A stretch of 64,000 bases of DNA. It comes from Prevotella sp. Lineage in GTDB: Bacteria; Bacteroidota; Bacteroidia; Bacteroidales; Bacteroidaceae. Every line of letters begins with the position of its first letter. The stretch's first letter is position 1. Positions 1 to 11,500 of this stretch are shown one piece after another. A model generated the notes under the pieces. The model saw only the letters and a program-made list of their open reading frames with translations, made no database searches and had not been told where the DNA came from. The DNA is taken from NCBI GenBank assembly GCA_015060535.1, contig SUYH01000009.1, positions 85,482-149,481 on the forward strand. The letters run 5' to 3'. A program made the translations under genes and the position numbers.

Positions 1-1
1 G

Positions 2-670
2 GAGGCCATCATCAACGAGCGCTCCTACGGGCTGAACTTCACCAACGAGGGTGGTATCGAGGGTACGACGCGTTTCCTGAAGAATATCTGTGGTATGTGG
101 CTCTACGAGCGTTGCCGTAAGGAGTGGCCTGAGGAGGTGCGTAAGCTGTCGCATCCAGAATTGCAGGGTTCGGCAATGGCGGTGGAACCGTTCCGTTCGA
201 TCATCAATCCTGACGACAATGCCTTTGCCAATCCGTCTTCTATGATAGAGGCCATCCAACAGTATTGTCGTGAGACAGGTCAGGCTGTCCCTGAGACACC
301 CGCTGAGATATGCCGTTGTATCTTCGACTCGCTGGCTTTGCGCTATCGCCAGGTGTTCGGATGGCTGAAGGATTTCGCCTCGTTCCCGATCGACGTGCTG
401 CACGTCATCGGAGGCGGCTCGCTGAACCGCTATCTGACGCAGTTTACTGCTGATGCGCTGGGTGTCGAGGTGCTGGCAGGTCCGCAGGAGTGTACGGCCA
501 TAGGTAACATTATGCTGCAGGCTAAGGCTTCGGGCGACGTCAGCGATATCTGGGCCATGCGTGCCATTATTGCCAACAGCGTAGAAATGGTGCCTTACCA
601 TCCGACAGGCGACAAGACTGCATGGGATCAGGCTTACGAGAAATATCTAAAAGTAACAAATCAAAAATAA
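2..670 (+). CDS. rhaB: rhamnulokinase (FGGY kinase), 5'-partial
   Basis: Frame is open from base 2 (NFTNEGGIEGTTRFLKNICGMWL); C-terminal FGGY motifs HVIGGGSLN and GPQECTAIGN; same operon as rhaD. Confidence 0.9.
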   Translation, partial: EAIINERSYGLNFTNEGGIEGTTRFLKNICGMWLYERCRKEWPEEVRKLSHPELQGSAMAVEPFRSIINPDDNAFANPSSMIEAIQQYCRETGQAVPETPAEICRCIFDSLALRYRQVFGWLKDFASFPIDVLHVIGGGSLNRYLTQFTADALGVEVLAGPQECTAIGNIMLQAKASGDVSDIWAMRAIIANSVEMVPYHPTGDKTAWDQAYEKYLKVTNQK

Positions 671-679
671 AATTTTATT

Positions 680-2110
680 ATGGCAAAACCATTAGTTGAA
701 ACCAAAGCAAAAGTAGGCGTATTCAGTATCGCCCTGCAGGCATATCTGCCACAGTTTCCCCAACTCGTACCCGAATTTGAGGCACAGTATGAAGCGTTCA
801 AGAAAACTCTGCCCGATACCATCGAGATCATCGATGGTGGTATGGTAACCACGAAGGAGCAGTCTATGGCGGCTGGTGACAAGTTCCGTGCTGCTGACGT
901 TGACTTGGTCATCCTTCAGATGTTGACCTATTGTACCTCTTATAATATGCTGCCTGCCGTGCGTGACATCGATGTTCCCGTAGTCATCGTGAACGTGCAG
1001 AAGAAGCTGGCTCCCGACTATGCAAAGACCGACATTCCCACATGGCTGGGCGAGCTCTATGCTTGTGGTGCCATCGGTGAGATGGTGGCCGACCTGAACC
1101 GTGCGGGCAAGCGCTCAGCTGTTATCACGGGTGTCGTAGAGGGTGGCGACCCAGAGGTGCAGGCAGAGATTGAAGACTGGTGCCGTGCTGCTCAGGTGCG
1201 TCGTCGTTTCCGTGATACTAACATCGCTCAGATCGGTCGTCCGTATCCTGGTATGATGGACCTCTACATCGACGAGACCAACCTCTACCATCGTATGTTC
1301 GTCTATACCAAGCAGTTCGACTGGGAGCAGATGTGGGCCATTGCTGACAATATCACCGACGAGGCTGCCATCAAGGCTAAGGCTCAGGATATTCTGGACA
1401 CCTTCGACATCGAGGGTGGGGGAACCATCGAGAAGGTATGGGACATGGCGAAATATGTCGTAGCCTTCGAACAGTGGGTGAAGGATGAGAAACTGGGCAT
1501 GATAGCCTCACACTATGCTGGTTTCGCACAGGGTGTGGCTGGCAAACTCGACTCGATGCTCATCCCTGCATTCTCGATGCTCATCAAACAGCACACCGCA
1601 TGTGCTGTAGAGGGCGATATGAAGGTGGCTATGGCGATGTCGATCCTGAAGACTATCTCAGGCACAGGTACGTTGGCTGAGATGTATAGCATCGATTTCC
1701 CGAAGGATATCTGTATCATCGGACACTCTGGCTCAGGTGACTTCGATATCTCGCAGGCTCACAAGCCTACGATGAAGATCGTTCCTGTGTTCCACGGCAA
1801 GACGGGTGGTGGTTATCTGACTCAGTTCTATCCTCCTACGGGCCCTGTTACCTATCTGGCTATCACTCAGGATAAGAATGGTGTGTTTAAGTTTGTGGTT
1901 GCAGAGGGCGTCAACGAGGAAGGCGAAATCTTTATGTTTGGCGACACCAACATGCGCACGAAGTTCTCGCTGCCCTGCCGTGAGTTCGTGAACAAATGGA
2001 GCGAGGCTGGTCCTACGCACCATATGGCTGCTGCTGTGGGTCATCATATTGACACCATCCTGAAGGTGGCTAAGATTCTGAATATTGAGTGTGATGTAGT
2101 TTGCAGATAA
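680..2110 (+). CDS. L-fucose/L-arabinose isomerase family sugar isomerase
   Basis: 476 aa; motifs GRPYPGMMDLY, AVEGD, IGHSGSG and WSEAGPTHH typical of the FucI/AraA fold rather than RhaA. Confidence 0.8.
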   Translation: MAKPLVETKAKVGVFSIALQAYLPQFPQLVPEFEAQYEAFKKTLPDTIEIIDGGMVTTKEQSMAAGDKFRAADVDLVILQMLTYCTSYNMLPAVRDIDVPVVIVNVQKKLAPDYAKTDIPTWLGELYACGAIGEMVADLNRAGKRSAVITGVVEGGDPEVQAEIEDWCRAAQVRRRFRDTNIAQIGRPYPGMMDLYIDETNLYHRMFVYTKQFDWEQMWAIADNITDEAAIKAKAQDILDTFDIEGGGTIEKVWDMAKYVVAFEQWVKDEKLGMIASHYAGFAQGVAGKLDSMLIPAFSMLIKQHTACAVEGDMKVAMAMSILKTISGTGTLAEMYSIDFPKDICIIGHSGSGDFDISQAHKPTMKIVPVFHGKTGGGYLTQFYPPTGPVTYLAITQDKNGVFKFVVAEGVNEEGEIFMFGDTNMRTKFSLPCREFVNKWSEAGPTHHMAAAVGHHIDTILKVAKILNIECDVVCR

Positions 2111-2114
2111 TGTT

Positions 2115-3452
2115 ATGGCAAATTCTGGAAGTTTGAAGAGCACGATAGCCGTGTCTCTAACCAATTATCTCGATGCAGGTGCCATCGTGGCAGGAGCCTC
2201 AGGTCTGACGCTGTGGAAGGAGTATCTCGGGCTGACCGAAATGCATTTGGGATGGCTCAATTTTATCAGTGCCAATTGTCTGGGTGCGGCTATCGGTGCC
2301 ATTATTGGCGGTTTTCTAGCCGATAAGTACGGCCGTAAGTTCATCTTCACCTATAATATGATTGTATATATGGTGGGCGTGCTGACGGTGATGTTCTCGA
2401 TGAATTTCCCCATGCTGCTGTGCGGTTTCCTAATCACTGGCATATCAGTAGGCGTAGGTGTGCCCGCCTCGTGGACGTATATCTCTGAGTCGTCGGAGGT
2501 CAACAACCGAGGACGTAACATCTGTATCTCACAGATGTCGTGGGGCTTCGGGCCGATGTGTATATTGCTGTTCGGCATGCTCTTCGCCCCTGGCGGATAT
2601 CTGTTTGGCTGGGTAGAGTCTGTGGCTCATCTGTTTGGTGGTGCCGACATGTCGCAGGAGGCCGTTAATGCCTTCTCCTCACGTATCGTGTTCTTCACCC
2701 TGTTCATCGTGGCTTTCATTGCTTGGAATCTGCAGCGTCAGTTGCAGGAGAGTGCCGAGTTTACCGCTCAGCAGGCTGAGGGTAAGAATACGGGGTTGAT
2801 GGATAATATCAAGGTACTGTTCTCCAACAAGATTGCTGTACGCACGGTGATATTCCTTGCTACTATTTATCTCACGTGGAACCTCGTGGCATCGGTGATG
2901 GGATTCTTCCAACCGCATATCTACGAGACGGCAGGTGGTGTAAGCAACGAACAGGCCAACTGGATGAATTGTATCCAGTGGGCGATTATCGTGGGCGTAA
3001 CATTTGTCGTGTCGAAACTCATTGACAAGTCATCTCACAGGATTATCTACACTTTCGGACTTCTCGTGGCTATCTCTGCCTGGCTGGTTATCGTAACCAT
3101 CGGTGTCAACGGCATGATAGGTCTCTGGCTCTTTGCCATCCTATGGGGTGTACAGGGCGGTAGCTCACCACAGATATTCTATGCCCTGTGGGGATCAGAG
3201 TTGTTCCCTGCCAAGTTCCGCGCAGGAGCGCAGGGTCTGATGTTCTTCATCGTGCGCGGACTGTCTGCAGTATGGGGTCTTATCTTTACCTATATTTATG
3301 GTGAGAATGGCGAGGGCTTTACCATCGCAGCATTCTGTATGATTGCCCTGCTGGCCATCTCGCTCGTGGTGGGCTTCATCGGAGTACCCAACACACGTGG
3401 ACGTGCCCTTGAGGACATTACGAAGGAACGCTATGGATCTGTTGCCCCCTAA
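2115..3452 (+). CDS. MFS sugar transporter
   Basis: About 12 hydrophobic segments; motif A GFLADKYGRK; ELFPAKFRA sugar-porter motif. Confidence 0.88.
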   Translation: MANSGSLKSTIAVSLTNYLDAGAIVAGASGLTLWKEYLGLTEMHLGWLNFISANCLGAAIGAIIGGFLADKYGRKFIFTYNMIVYMVGVLTVMFSMNFPMLLCGFLITGISVGVGVPASWTYISESSEVNNRGRNICISQMSWGFGPMCILLFGMLFAPGGYLFGWVESVAHLFGGADMSQEAVNAFSSRIVFFTLFIVAFIAWNLQRQLQESAEFTAQQAEGKNTGLMDNIKVLFSNKIAVRTVIFLATIYLTWNLVASVMGFFQPHIYETAGGVSNEQANWMNCIQWAIIVGVTFVVSKLIDKSSHRIIYTFGLLVAISAWLVIVTIGVNGMIGLWLFAILWGVQGGSSPQIFYALWGSELFPAKFRAGAQGLMFFIVRGLSAVWGLIFTYIYGENGEGFTIAAFCMIALLAISLVVGFIGVPNTRGRALEDITKERYGSVAP

Positions 3453-3557
3453 GTTAGGGGGGCATAGGGGTCTGAACAAGCGCAGACTCCTAAAGAAGTA
3501 ATAACAAAAGGGGCTGATAACGCTTGTTCAGACCCCCTTCCCCCTAACTTAGGGGGC
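3444..3557. repeat. MITE/REP-like element with ~38-bp imperfect terminal inverted repeats
   Basis: gccccctaagttaggggggcataggggtctgaacaagcg (3444-3482) pairs with cgcttgttcagacccccttccccctaacttagggggc (3521-3557). Confidence 0.75.
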
Positions 3558-3565
3558 TTAAGAAC

Positions 3566-4387
3566 ATGAAAAGTATATTAGAAGGCCGCGAACAGTTAAA
3601 GGCCGTTATTGATCAGATTGCCGAGGTTACAGGTTATCTTTGGCAGAAAGGTTGGGCAGAACGTAATGGTGGTAATATCACCGTAAACGTTACCGAGTAT
3701 ATGGACGATGAGTGCAAGGCTATGCCCGCTATCGCACCTGTCAAGCAGATTGGTTTAACGCTGCCCCAGTTGAAGGGAAAGTATTTCTATTGCAAGGGTA
3801 CGGGCAAGCGTATGCGTGACTTGGCTAAGGAACCTATGCAGAATGGTTCGATTATCCGTATTTGCGACGACTGTGCCTCCTATGAGGTGATAGCCGATGT
3901 GAACGTGGTGCCTACCTCTGAGCTGCCTACCCACTTGGCCCTGCAGAACTACCTGCTGGAGACGGGTTCATGCTATAAGGCTACGCTACATACACACCCC
4001 ATCGAACTGGTGGCTATGAGTCATATCCAGCGCTTCCTGAAGGGTGACGAGATGACGCGTGTGCTGTGGTCAATGATTCCCGAGACGCTGGCTTTCGCTC
4101 CGCTGGGCATAGGCATCGTACCTTATGCTCTTCCCTCAAGTGTTGAACTTGCTGAGGCTACGCTGGAGCAGATCAAGCTTCACGACGTTGTGATGTGGGA
4201 AAAGCATGGTACTGTAGCTGTTGGTACAGACATCATGGATGCTTTCGATCAGACTGATGTGCTCTGTAAGGCAGCAAATATCTATATGTGTGCCCGTGCC
4301 ATGGGTTCTGAGCCCGATGGTATGACCGATGCACAGATGAAGGAGGTTCAGGATGTCTTCAATCTGCCAAAGAAGCGTCCTTGCTAA
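3566..4387 (+). CDS. rhaD: rhamnulose-1-phosphate aldolase
   Basis: LWQKGWAERNGGNI, PTSELPTH, HTHP and WEKHG class II aldolase/RhaD motifs. Confidence 0.93.
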   Translation: MKSILEGREQLKAVIDQIAEVTGYLWQKGWAERNGGNITVNVTEYMDDECKAMPAIAPVKQIGLTLPQLKGKYFYCKGTGKRMRDLAKEPMQNGSIIRICDDCASYEVIADVNVVPTSELPTHLALQNYLLETGSCYKATLHTHPIELVAMSHIQRFLKGDEMTRVLWSMIPETLAFAPLGIGIVPYALPSSVELAEATLEQIKLHDVVMWEKHGTVAVGTDIMDAFDQTDVLCKAANIYMCARAMGSEPDGMTDAQMKEVQDVFNLPKKRPC

Positions 4388-4972
4388 ATGAGCAAGAAAC
4401 AGCATGAAATTTTGGTGCCAGCAGGTGTGCAGCAAGTGTTGCTGCATGCCTGCTGTGCTCCTTGTTCTTCTGCCATCGTGGAGTGGATGCTCCAACATGA
4501 GGTGCGCCCTACTATTTTCTATTTCAATCCCAATATATTTCCTCGTGAGGAATACGATATCCGCAAGGAGGAAAGCAAGCGCCATGCGGAGAGCCTAGGG
4601 TTGCAGTGGATTGATGGCGACTACGATCATGAGCGATGGTTGGAGGCTGTCCGAGGGTTGGAAGGTGAGCCCGAGCGGGGCTCCCGTTGTTTGCAGTGCT
4701 TCTCCTATCGCTTGAAGGTGACTGCCCTGCAAGCCAAGGCACTTGGATTGCAGTATTTCACCACTACGCTGGCCTCTTCCCGTTGGAAGAGTCTCGAACA
4801 GATCACGGAAGCAGGAATGCGTGCGCAGACTGCCGTTCCAGGCACTGTCTTCTGGGCTCAGAACTGGCGTAAGGGTGGGCTGCAAGAGCGTCGTAATGAA
4901 CTCTTGCGCGCGTACAATTTCTATAATCAGCTCTATTGTGGCTGCGAATTCAGCCAGCGAAACAGCGACTGA
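4388..4972 (+). CDS. queH: epoxyqueuosine reductase QueH (DUF208)
   Basis: LLHACCAPCS, FNPNIFP, RCxxC and YCGCEFS motifs. Confidence 0.9.
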   Translation: MSKKQHEILVPAGVQQVLLHACCAPCSSAIVEWMLQHEVRPTIFYFNPNIFPREEYDIRKEESKRHAESLGLQWIDGDYDHERWLEAVRGLEGEPERGSRCLQCFSYRLKVTALQAKALGLQYFTTTLASSRWKSLEQITEAGMRAQTAVPGTVFWAQNWRKGGLQERRNELLRAYNFYNQLYCGCEFSQRNSD

Positions 4973-4980
4973 CTGGCCTC

Positions 4981-6642
4981 CTAATACTTGAACGATGATC
5001 CACCCAAGAATTCTCTTAAGAGCGATGTGGGAGGTATTTGGTCTTCGGGAATGGGCTTGATGTATTTGAGGAATTTCAGCAGGCGGTAGGCTTCAGCATA
5101 TTCCTCACAGTTCTCAGGTACCTGTTCGAGCAACGGTTCTGCCTGACGCTTGATGACAGCCAGCTCGAAGAGCATAGCCGTGTTGAACATCGCATCGGCA
5201 TTCTCCTGATAGGGGAATATCCAGCGGTTCTCGCCCTTACGGACACTGGGCCAGCGGTGTATGGTCTCCTTAGCCGATACCCCACGATACTTGTGGTCAC
5301 GGATGATGCGACGCAGCAGTCGATTGTCGGTAGTGGGTATGTAGTTGTGGTTGTCGAGCAGAATAGTGGTGAGCGCTGAGGCATACACACGATAGATCTG
5401 CTCCTCGGGGATGTCTTTGGTCAGCTCGGGGTTCAGGGCGTGGATGCCTTCAACCACTAGTATCTCCTTACCACTCAGTTTTAGCTTCTTGCCGCTCCAC
5501 TCGCTCTTTCCCTTCTGGAAGTTATAGCGGGGAAGCTCTACTTCTTCGCCTCTGAACAGCGCGTTCATCTGCTCGTTGAGCAATGGGATGTTGAGGGCGT
5601 GCAGATGTTCGAAGTCGTAGTCGCCAGTCTCGTCTTTGGGTGTCTGTTCACGATCGAGGAAATAGTCGTCGAGCGAGATACCGATAGGCTTTAAGCCATT
5701 GACAGCCAGCTGTACGCTGAGTCGTTTGCAGGTTGTCGTCTTGCCGCTGGATGAGGGACCGGCTATCAGCACCATCTTGACACCCTTTTGATGGGCGATA
5801 TTGTCGGCTATGCTGGCAATCTTCTTCTCCTGCAGAGCCTCGCTAATCTGGATGAGTTGTGGGGTGTACCCTTTGTCGATGGCGTTGTTCAGGTCGCCAA
5901 TGGTGCTTACGCCCAGGATGTCCTGCCAGCGGTGATGCTCCTTGAATATCTCGAACATCTTATCTTGACGGATGAAGGCGCCCAGCTGGGCGGGGTCCTC
6001 GCGTGAAGGGATGCGCAGCAGCAGTCCGTCGTAGTAGTATTCCAGTCCGAAGAGATGAATCTCAGACGTGTTGGTCAGCAGCGTGCCATAATAATAATCC
6101 TTATAGCCATCGAGGTCGTAATAGGTGGTATACAGGCGTCCGGAGCTCTCCAACAACTTGACCTTCGACATCGTGCCAGCCTGACGGAACATGTCGATGG
6201 CCTCCTCGGTAGTCGACTCATAACGATGGATGGGCAGTTTGGCATCGATGAGCTGCTGCATGCGCTGACGGATAGCTGCAACATCGTCGGGGGTGACTGC
6301 ACGGTCCAATGTCAAGTCGACGTAATAGCCATTGCTGACGGGGATATCGATGGCCACTTTACAACCCGGATAAAGGTCGTGGGCAGCCTTGCATAGAATC
6401 ATAAATAATGTACGCGTATACGCGCGAATGCCACTGGCAGAGCGAAGATCGAGGAATTCGATGTCCTTCTGTTTATACACCCTATAGTGCATTCCCTCTA
6501 CCTTGTTATTGACTTTGGCACTCACTGGACCATACTCCATTTCGAGTCCCAGTTGAGAAAAAATTTCAGAAAGTGTGCTGCCAATGCTGACTTTTAGATT
6601 TTTTTTATTATTTTTGCAGCGGATTATAACTTGTTGTTCCAT
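4981..6642 (-). CDS. nucleoside (uridine) kinase with N-terminal ThrRS-like domain
   Basis: P-loop AGPSSSGKTT, LDDYF, VEGIHALN and a PPTSLLREFLGGS C-terminus; start placed at MEQQVIIRC. Confidence 0.85.
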   Translation of the reverse strand: MEQQVIIRCKNNKKNLKVSIGSTLSEIFSQLGLEMEYGPVSAKVNNKVEGMHYRVYKQKDIEFLDLRSASGIRAYTRTLFMILCKAAHDLYPGCKVAIDIPVSNGYYVDLTLDRAVTPDDVAAIRQRMQQLIDAKLPIHRYESTTEEAIDMFRQAGTMSKVKLLESSGRLYTTYYDLDGYKDYYYGTLLTNTSEIHLFGLEYYYDGLLLRIPSREDPAQLGAFIRQDKMFEIFKEHHRWQDILGVSTIGDLNNAIDKGYTPQLIQISEALQEKKIASIADNIAHQKGVKMVLIAGPSSSGKTTTCKRLSVQLAVNGLKPIGISLDDYFLDREQTPKDETGDYDFEHLHALNIPLLNEQMNALFRGEEVELPRYNFQKGKSEWSGKKLKLSGKEILVVEGIHALNPELTKDIPEEQIYRVYASALTTILLDNHNYIPTTDNRLLRRIIRDHKYRGVSAKETIHRWPSVRKGENRWIFPYQENADAMFNTAMLFELAVIKRQAEPLLEQVPENCEEYAEAYRLLKFLKYIKPIPEDQIPPTSLLREFLGGSSFKY

Positions 6643-6713
6643 AAGACTTGATAGTTTTAGTGCTGCAAATATAACCAAAAAAGATGAATTACGCATCATA
6701 AAACAAAAAAAAT

Positions 6714-8462
6714 ATGTCGATTTGGATCATTTTTAAACTTTTAGGCTCGCTGGCATTGCTGATGTTCGGTATGAAGTCGATGAGTGAAGCCCTGCAGAAA
6801 ATGGCAGGTCCACAGTTGCGTCATGTGCTGGGTGCCATGACCACCAACCGCTTTACAGGTATGCTGACAGGTACGCTGGTCACAGCGTCTGTCCAGTCGT
6901 CAACGGCTACTACGGTGATGACCGTCTCGTTCGTCAATGCGGGACTGCTTACGCTGGCCCAGGCTATCTCAGTCATTATGGGTGCCAACATCGGTACGAC
7001 GCTGACAGCATGGATTATGTCAGCAGGTATGTCGTTCGACATCACCAGTGCGGTCTATCCGGCTTTCTTTATGGGAATCATCCTCATCTACCTGAAAAAG
7101 TACCGTTACATAGGCGACTTCCTCTTCGGTCTATCGTTCCTGCTGCTGGGTCTGGGCACCCTGCGTATGACGGGTACGGAGATGCATTTGGGTGAGAATC
7201 AGGCCTTGCTTGATTTCTTCGCCTCTTTCGACCCCAACTCTTTCCTCACTACGCTGGTGTTCTTGGTATTGGGTGGCGTGATGACCTTCTGCGTACAGTC
7301 GTCAGCAGCCGTGATGGCCATCACGATGATTCTCTGCTCGAGCGGTGCGCTGCCTATCTATCAGGGTATCGCGCTGGTGATGGGTGAGAATATCGGTACT
7401 ACGGTGACCTCTAACCTGGCTGCGATGTCAGCCAATACACAGGCTCGTCGAGCTGCTTTGGCTCACATGTTCTTCAACGTGTTTGGCGTGCTGTGGATAT
7501 TGGTTGTCTTCCGTCCCTTCATCGATATGGTGTGTGGCTGGGTAGGTTACGATGTCGATATGCAGAAGGGCGCTGTCGAGACGGGCGTCTTCCTGGCCAA
7601 CTCTGCTAAGCTGAGCTTCGTGCTGGCAGCCTTCCATACGACTTTCAATGTGGCTAACACCTTTATCCTTATCTGGTTTATCCCGCAGATAGAGCGTTTC
7701 GTCTGCTGGGTTATCAAGCCCAAGAAAGCAGACGAGGAAGACGAGTTCCGTCTGCACTTCATTACTGCCGGTTTCATGAAGACTCCCGAGCTTTCAGTAC
7801 TCGAAGCTCAGAAAGAAATCCAGTCGTTCTCCGAGCGTATGCAGCGCATGTTCGGTATGGTACGCGAACTGCTGACGCTCTCAGCCAGCTCGACTAACAA
7901 GAGTAATAATCAGACGGGCGACTTCAACAAGCTCTTCACTCGTATTGAGAAGTACGAGGGTATCTCAGACAATATGGAACTCGAGATAGCCAAATACCTG
8001 GATTCTGTCAGCGATGCCCACCTCTCAGACGATACGAAGGCTAAGATCCGTGCCATGTTGCGTGAGATTTCCGAACTCGAATCGATTGGCGATGCCTGTT
8101 ATAACATGGCCCGCACCATTTCGCGCAAGTATAACGGCAAGGAAGACCACTTCATCGAGAAGCAGTATGACCATCTGCATCAGATGATGGAGCTGACCGA
8201 CCAGTCGCTTACCCAGATGAACCGACTGATGGGTGGACGTAAGGAGGCCTTCGACGTGAACCGTACGTTTAACATCGAGAACGAAATCAATAACTACCGA
8301 AACCAGCTTAAGTCGCAGAATATCAACGATATCAATAGCCATCAATACACCTATGCGGTGGGTACCATCTACATGGACCTCATCAACGAGTGTGAGAAGT
8401 TGGGCGACTATGTTGTCAACGTGGTTGAGGCTCGTATGGGTACGCGCCAAAAAGACGTATAA
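6714..8462 (+). CDS. Na/Pi cotransporter family protein
   Basis: Duplicated VQSS motifs with GANIGTT/GENIGTT; C-terminal PhoU-like helical domain. Confidence 0.92.
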   Translation: MSIWIIFKLLGSLALLMFGMKSMSEALQKMAGPQLRHVLGAMTTNRFTGMLTGTLVTASVQSSTATTVMTVSFVNAGLLTLAQAISVIMGANIGTTLTAWIMSAGMSFDITSAVYPAFFMGIILIYLKKYRYIGDFLFGLSFLLLGLGTLRMTGTEMHLGENQALLDFFASFDPNSFLTTLVFLVLGGVMTFCVQSSAAVMAITMILCSSGALPIYQGIALVMGENIGTTVTSNLAAMSANTQARRAALAHMFFNVFGVLWILVVFRPFIDMVCGWVGYDVDMQKGAVETGVFLANSAKLSFVLAAFHTTFNVANTFILIWFIPQIERFVCWVIKPKKADEEDEFRLHFITAGFMKTPELSVLEAQKEIQSFSERMQRMFGMVRELLTLSASSTNKSNNQTGDFNKLFTRIEKYEGISDNMELEIAKYLDSVSDAHLSDDTKAKIRAMLREISELESIGDACYNMARTISRKYNGKEDHFIEKQYDHLHQMMELTDQSLTQMNRLMGGRKEAFDVNRTFNIENEINNYRNQLKSQNINDINSHQYTYAVGTIYMDLINECEKLGDYVVNVVEARMGTRQKDV

Positions 8463-8553
8463 AAAGATTTTCGCATTTTATAACGTTGGTTTGGAAATTT
8501 TTAATTAATTTTGCAACCGAAAAGAAACAATTACATAAACGTACTAACAATTT

Positions 8554-11500
8554 ATGAGAAAAAGAATTCTGTTTTTGGTGGCTCTGATGTTGACATCAAC
8601 ATTGACCATCATGGCGCAAATCACGACCTCAAGTATGTCTGGTAAGGTGACCCTCGAGGACGCCAAGGGCGAAGAGGTTATTGGTGCTACAGTTGTTGCT
8701 GTACACGAGCCTTCGGGTACTCGCTATACAGCAGTAACCAATGTCTCTGGCCTCTTTACCATCAATGGTATGCGTACGGGTGGTCCGTACGAAGTAACCG
8801 TGTCCTACATCGGTTATCAGCCTAAGACGGTGAAGGGTGTTACGCTGGAATTGGCTGAGACCTATAACCTCAACATCTGGTTGTCAGAGGACGCCAATGT
8901 GCTGACAGAGGTTGTAGTCAGTGGTAAGGCTTCGAAGTTTGCTGCTGAAAAGACTGGTGCTTCGACCAACATCAACAATGCTATGATTGCCAACCTGCCA
9001 ACCGTTAACCGTAGTCTGACCGACGTGATGCGTCTGTCGCCTTATGGTGGTAATGGTATGAGCTTGGCTGGTGGTAATGGTAAGATGACCAACTTCACGG
9101 TCGATGGTGCCAACTTCAATAACAACTTCGGTTTGACAGAGAACCTTCCTGGTGGTGGTAACCCCATCTCGCTCGATGCTATCGAGGAAATGCAGGTGGT
9201 CATCTCTCCGTTCGATGTTCGTCAGACCAACTTCATCGGTGGTGGAGTGAACGCCATCACGAAGTCGGGTACGAACACCTTCAAGGGTACTGCCTACATC
9301 TATCATCAGAATGAGAACATGCGTGGTGATGCCGTTGATCGCGAGCAGATTGCCAGCGCACGTGATCGTGATAAGACCACAACCTACGGCTTTACATTGG
9401 GTGGCCCGATTATCAAGAACAAACTGTTCTTCTTCGTCAGTGGCGAGATGGTGAAGTCGCCTACGGTTACCAACCGCTGGCGTGCCTCTGTAGGTGGTGC
9501 CTATGATGCCGATAACTACCTGTCGCGCGTATCGGTTGCCGATATGGACGCTGTCTCCAGTTTCGTCAAGAGCAAGTACGGCTATGATACCGGCTCCTAC
9601 ACCGACTGGTCGGCTGATAATGACACCTATAAGATTCTGGCCCGACTGGACTGGAACATCACTGACCGCCACAAGCTGGCCCTGCGCTATAACTACACCA
9701 AGAGCCGCTCGTGGAAGACACCATCCACATCAGTTGATGGAGGCACGCTGCCCTACAGCCGTACATCGTTGTATGCGATGACCTACGCCAACTCGATGTA
9801 TTCGATGGACAACAAGGTACATACCTTCTCCTTCGACCTGAACAGCCGTCTGACAGACAACCTGTCTAATCAGCTTCTGGTCACCTACTCCAAGATAGAC
9901 GACATTCGCGGTTCTAACTCTAGCGACTTCCCCTTCGTTGACATTCTCGATGGCGATGGCGGTAACTATATCTCGCTGGGTTACGAGCTGTTCACCTGGA
10001 ACAATGCCGTTCACAATAACATTCTGAACATCAAGGACGATGTGACCTACTATCTGGCTAACCACACCATTACCGCTGGTCTTAGCTATGAGTACCAGAT
10101 GGCAGACAATATGTATATGCGTAATGGTTCGGGTTACTATCGCTACAACAGCATAGCCGATTTCTTCAACAACGCGGCCCCCTCTGTAGTCTGCCTGACC
10201 TACGGCTATGACGGTGAGCAGGAGCCCGCTTCGCGCGTTACCTTCAACCAGATGGGCCTCTATGCTCAGGATGACTGGAAGGTGACCGACAACTTCAAGC
10301 TGACCTATGGTATGCGCTTCGATGGCCTGTTCTTCAAGAACGGCGACCTGAAGACCAACAATGGTATTCTGGCGCTCGACTACAACGGACGTAGCGTCGA
10401 TACGGGTACGTGGCCTAAGAATACGGTATCTGTATCACCTCGTCTAGGCTTCACATGGGATATCTTCGGTGACAAGAGCCTGAAGTTGCGTGGTGGTTCC
10501 GGTCTCTTCCTGGGTCGTCTGCCTCTGGTGTTCTTCACCAACATGCCTACCAACTCTAATATGATGCAATTCGTAGGTAAGTGGAATGCTTCAGGCAGCA
10601 GTGCAACGAAGGCCGATATGTCGCAGTTTGCTGGTGGTATCAAAACACGTACCGACCTCTACAACTGGGTTACCACTCACGATGTAGATGGCAACGTCGT
10701 ATCTAATCCTAAGCAGGCTATGGGTCCCAGCACCATCACTTCTGAGGATGGTACTGTAGCAGGTGCTATCAATGGTATCTCGTCCGACTTCAAGATGCCT
10801 CAGGTTTGGAAGACCTCGCTGGCTGTCGACTATCAGATTCCCGTATCGTTCCCCTTCACCGCTACTGTCGAGGGTATGTTCCAGAAGACCGTCAATGGCG
10901 TATTCATGTCAGACTGGAGTCTGCGCGACGTAGGTGGCTACGCCCGTCTGAACGGTGCCGACACCCGTGCACTCTATCAGAACTACAAGCTCACCTACAC
11001 CAACGCTGCTGGCAAGACGGTTAACATGCCCAACGCATATGTGCTCGAGAATACCAGCAAGGGTTACGGATGGACGCTCAACGTGACGCTGAATGCTCAG
11101 CCGTTCGAGTGGATGAGCCTGATGGCAGCCTATACACACACCGTACAGAAGGAACTGACCGGTATGCCTGGCTCTAACGCCTCTTCGGCATTCTCTTATA
11201 TCCCCTCTGTTGATGGTCCTAACTTCCTGAACCTGCACAACTCACAGTTCGTAACACCTGACCGTGTTGTAGCCAGCGCTACAATCCACGACAAGGCTAA
11301 CAACCACTACTCTCTGGTTTACGAGGCATGGCGCGGTGGTGCTAACTACTCTTATATGCTGGCCAACGACATGAATGGCGATGGCAACCAGTATGACCTT
11401 ATCTACATTCCTACCGACCTGCAGGTGGCTAACAACGAGTTCCGCTTCGTTTCAGAGGACGATAAGACCCGCTTCATGGACTTTGTCCACAACGACAGCT

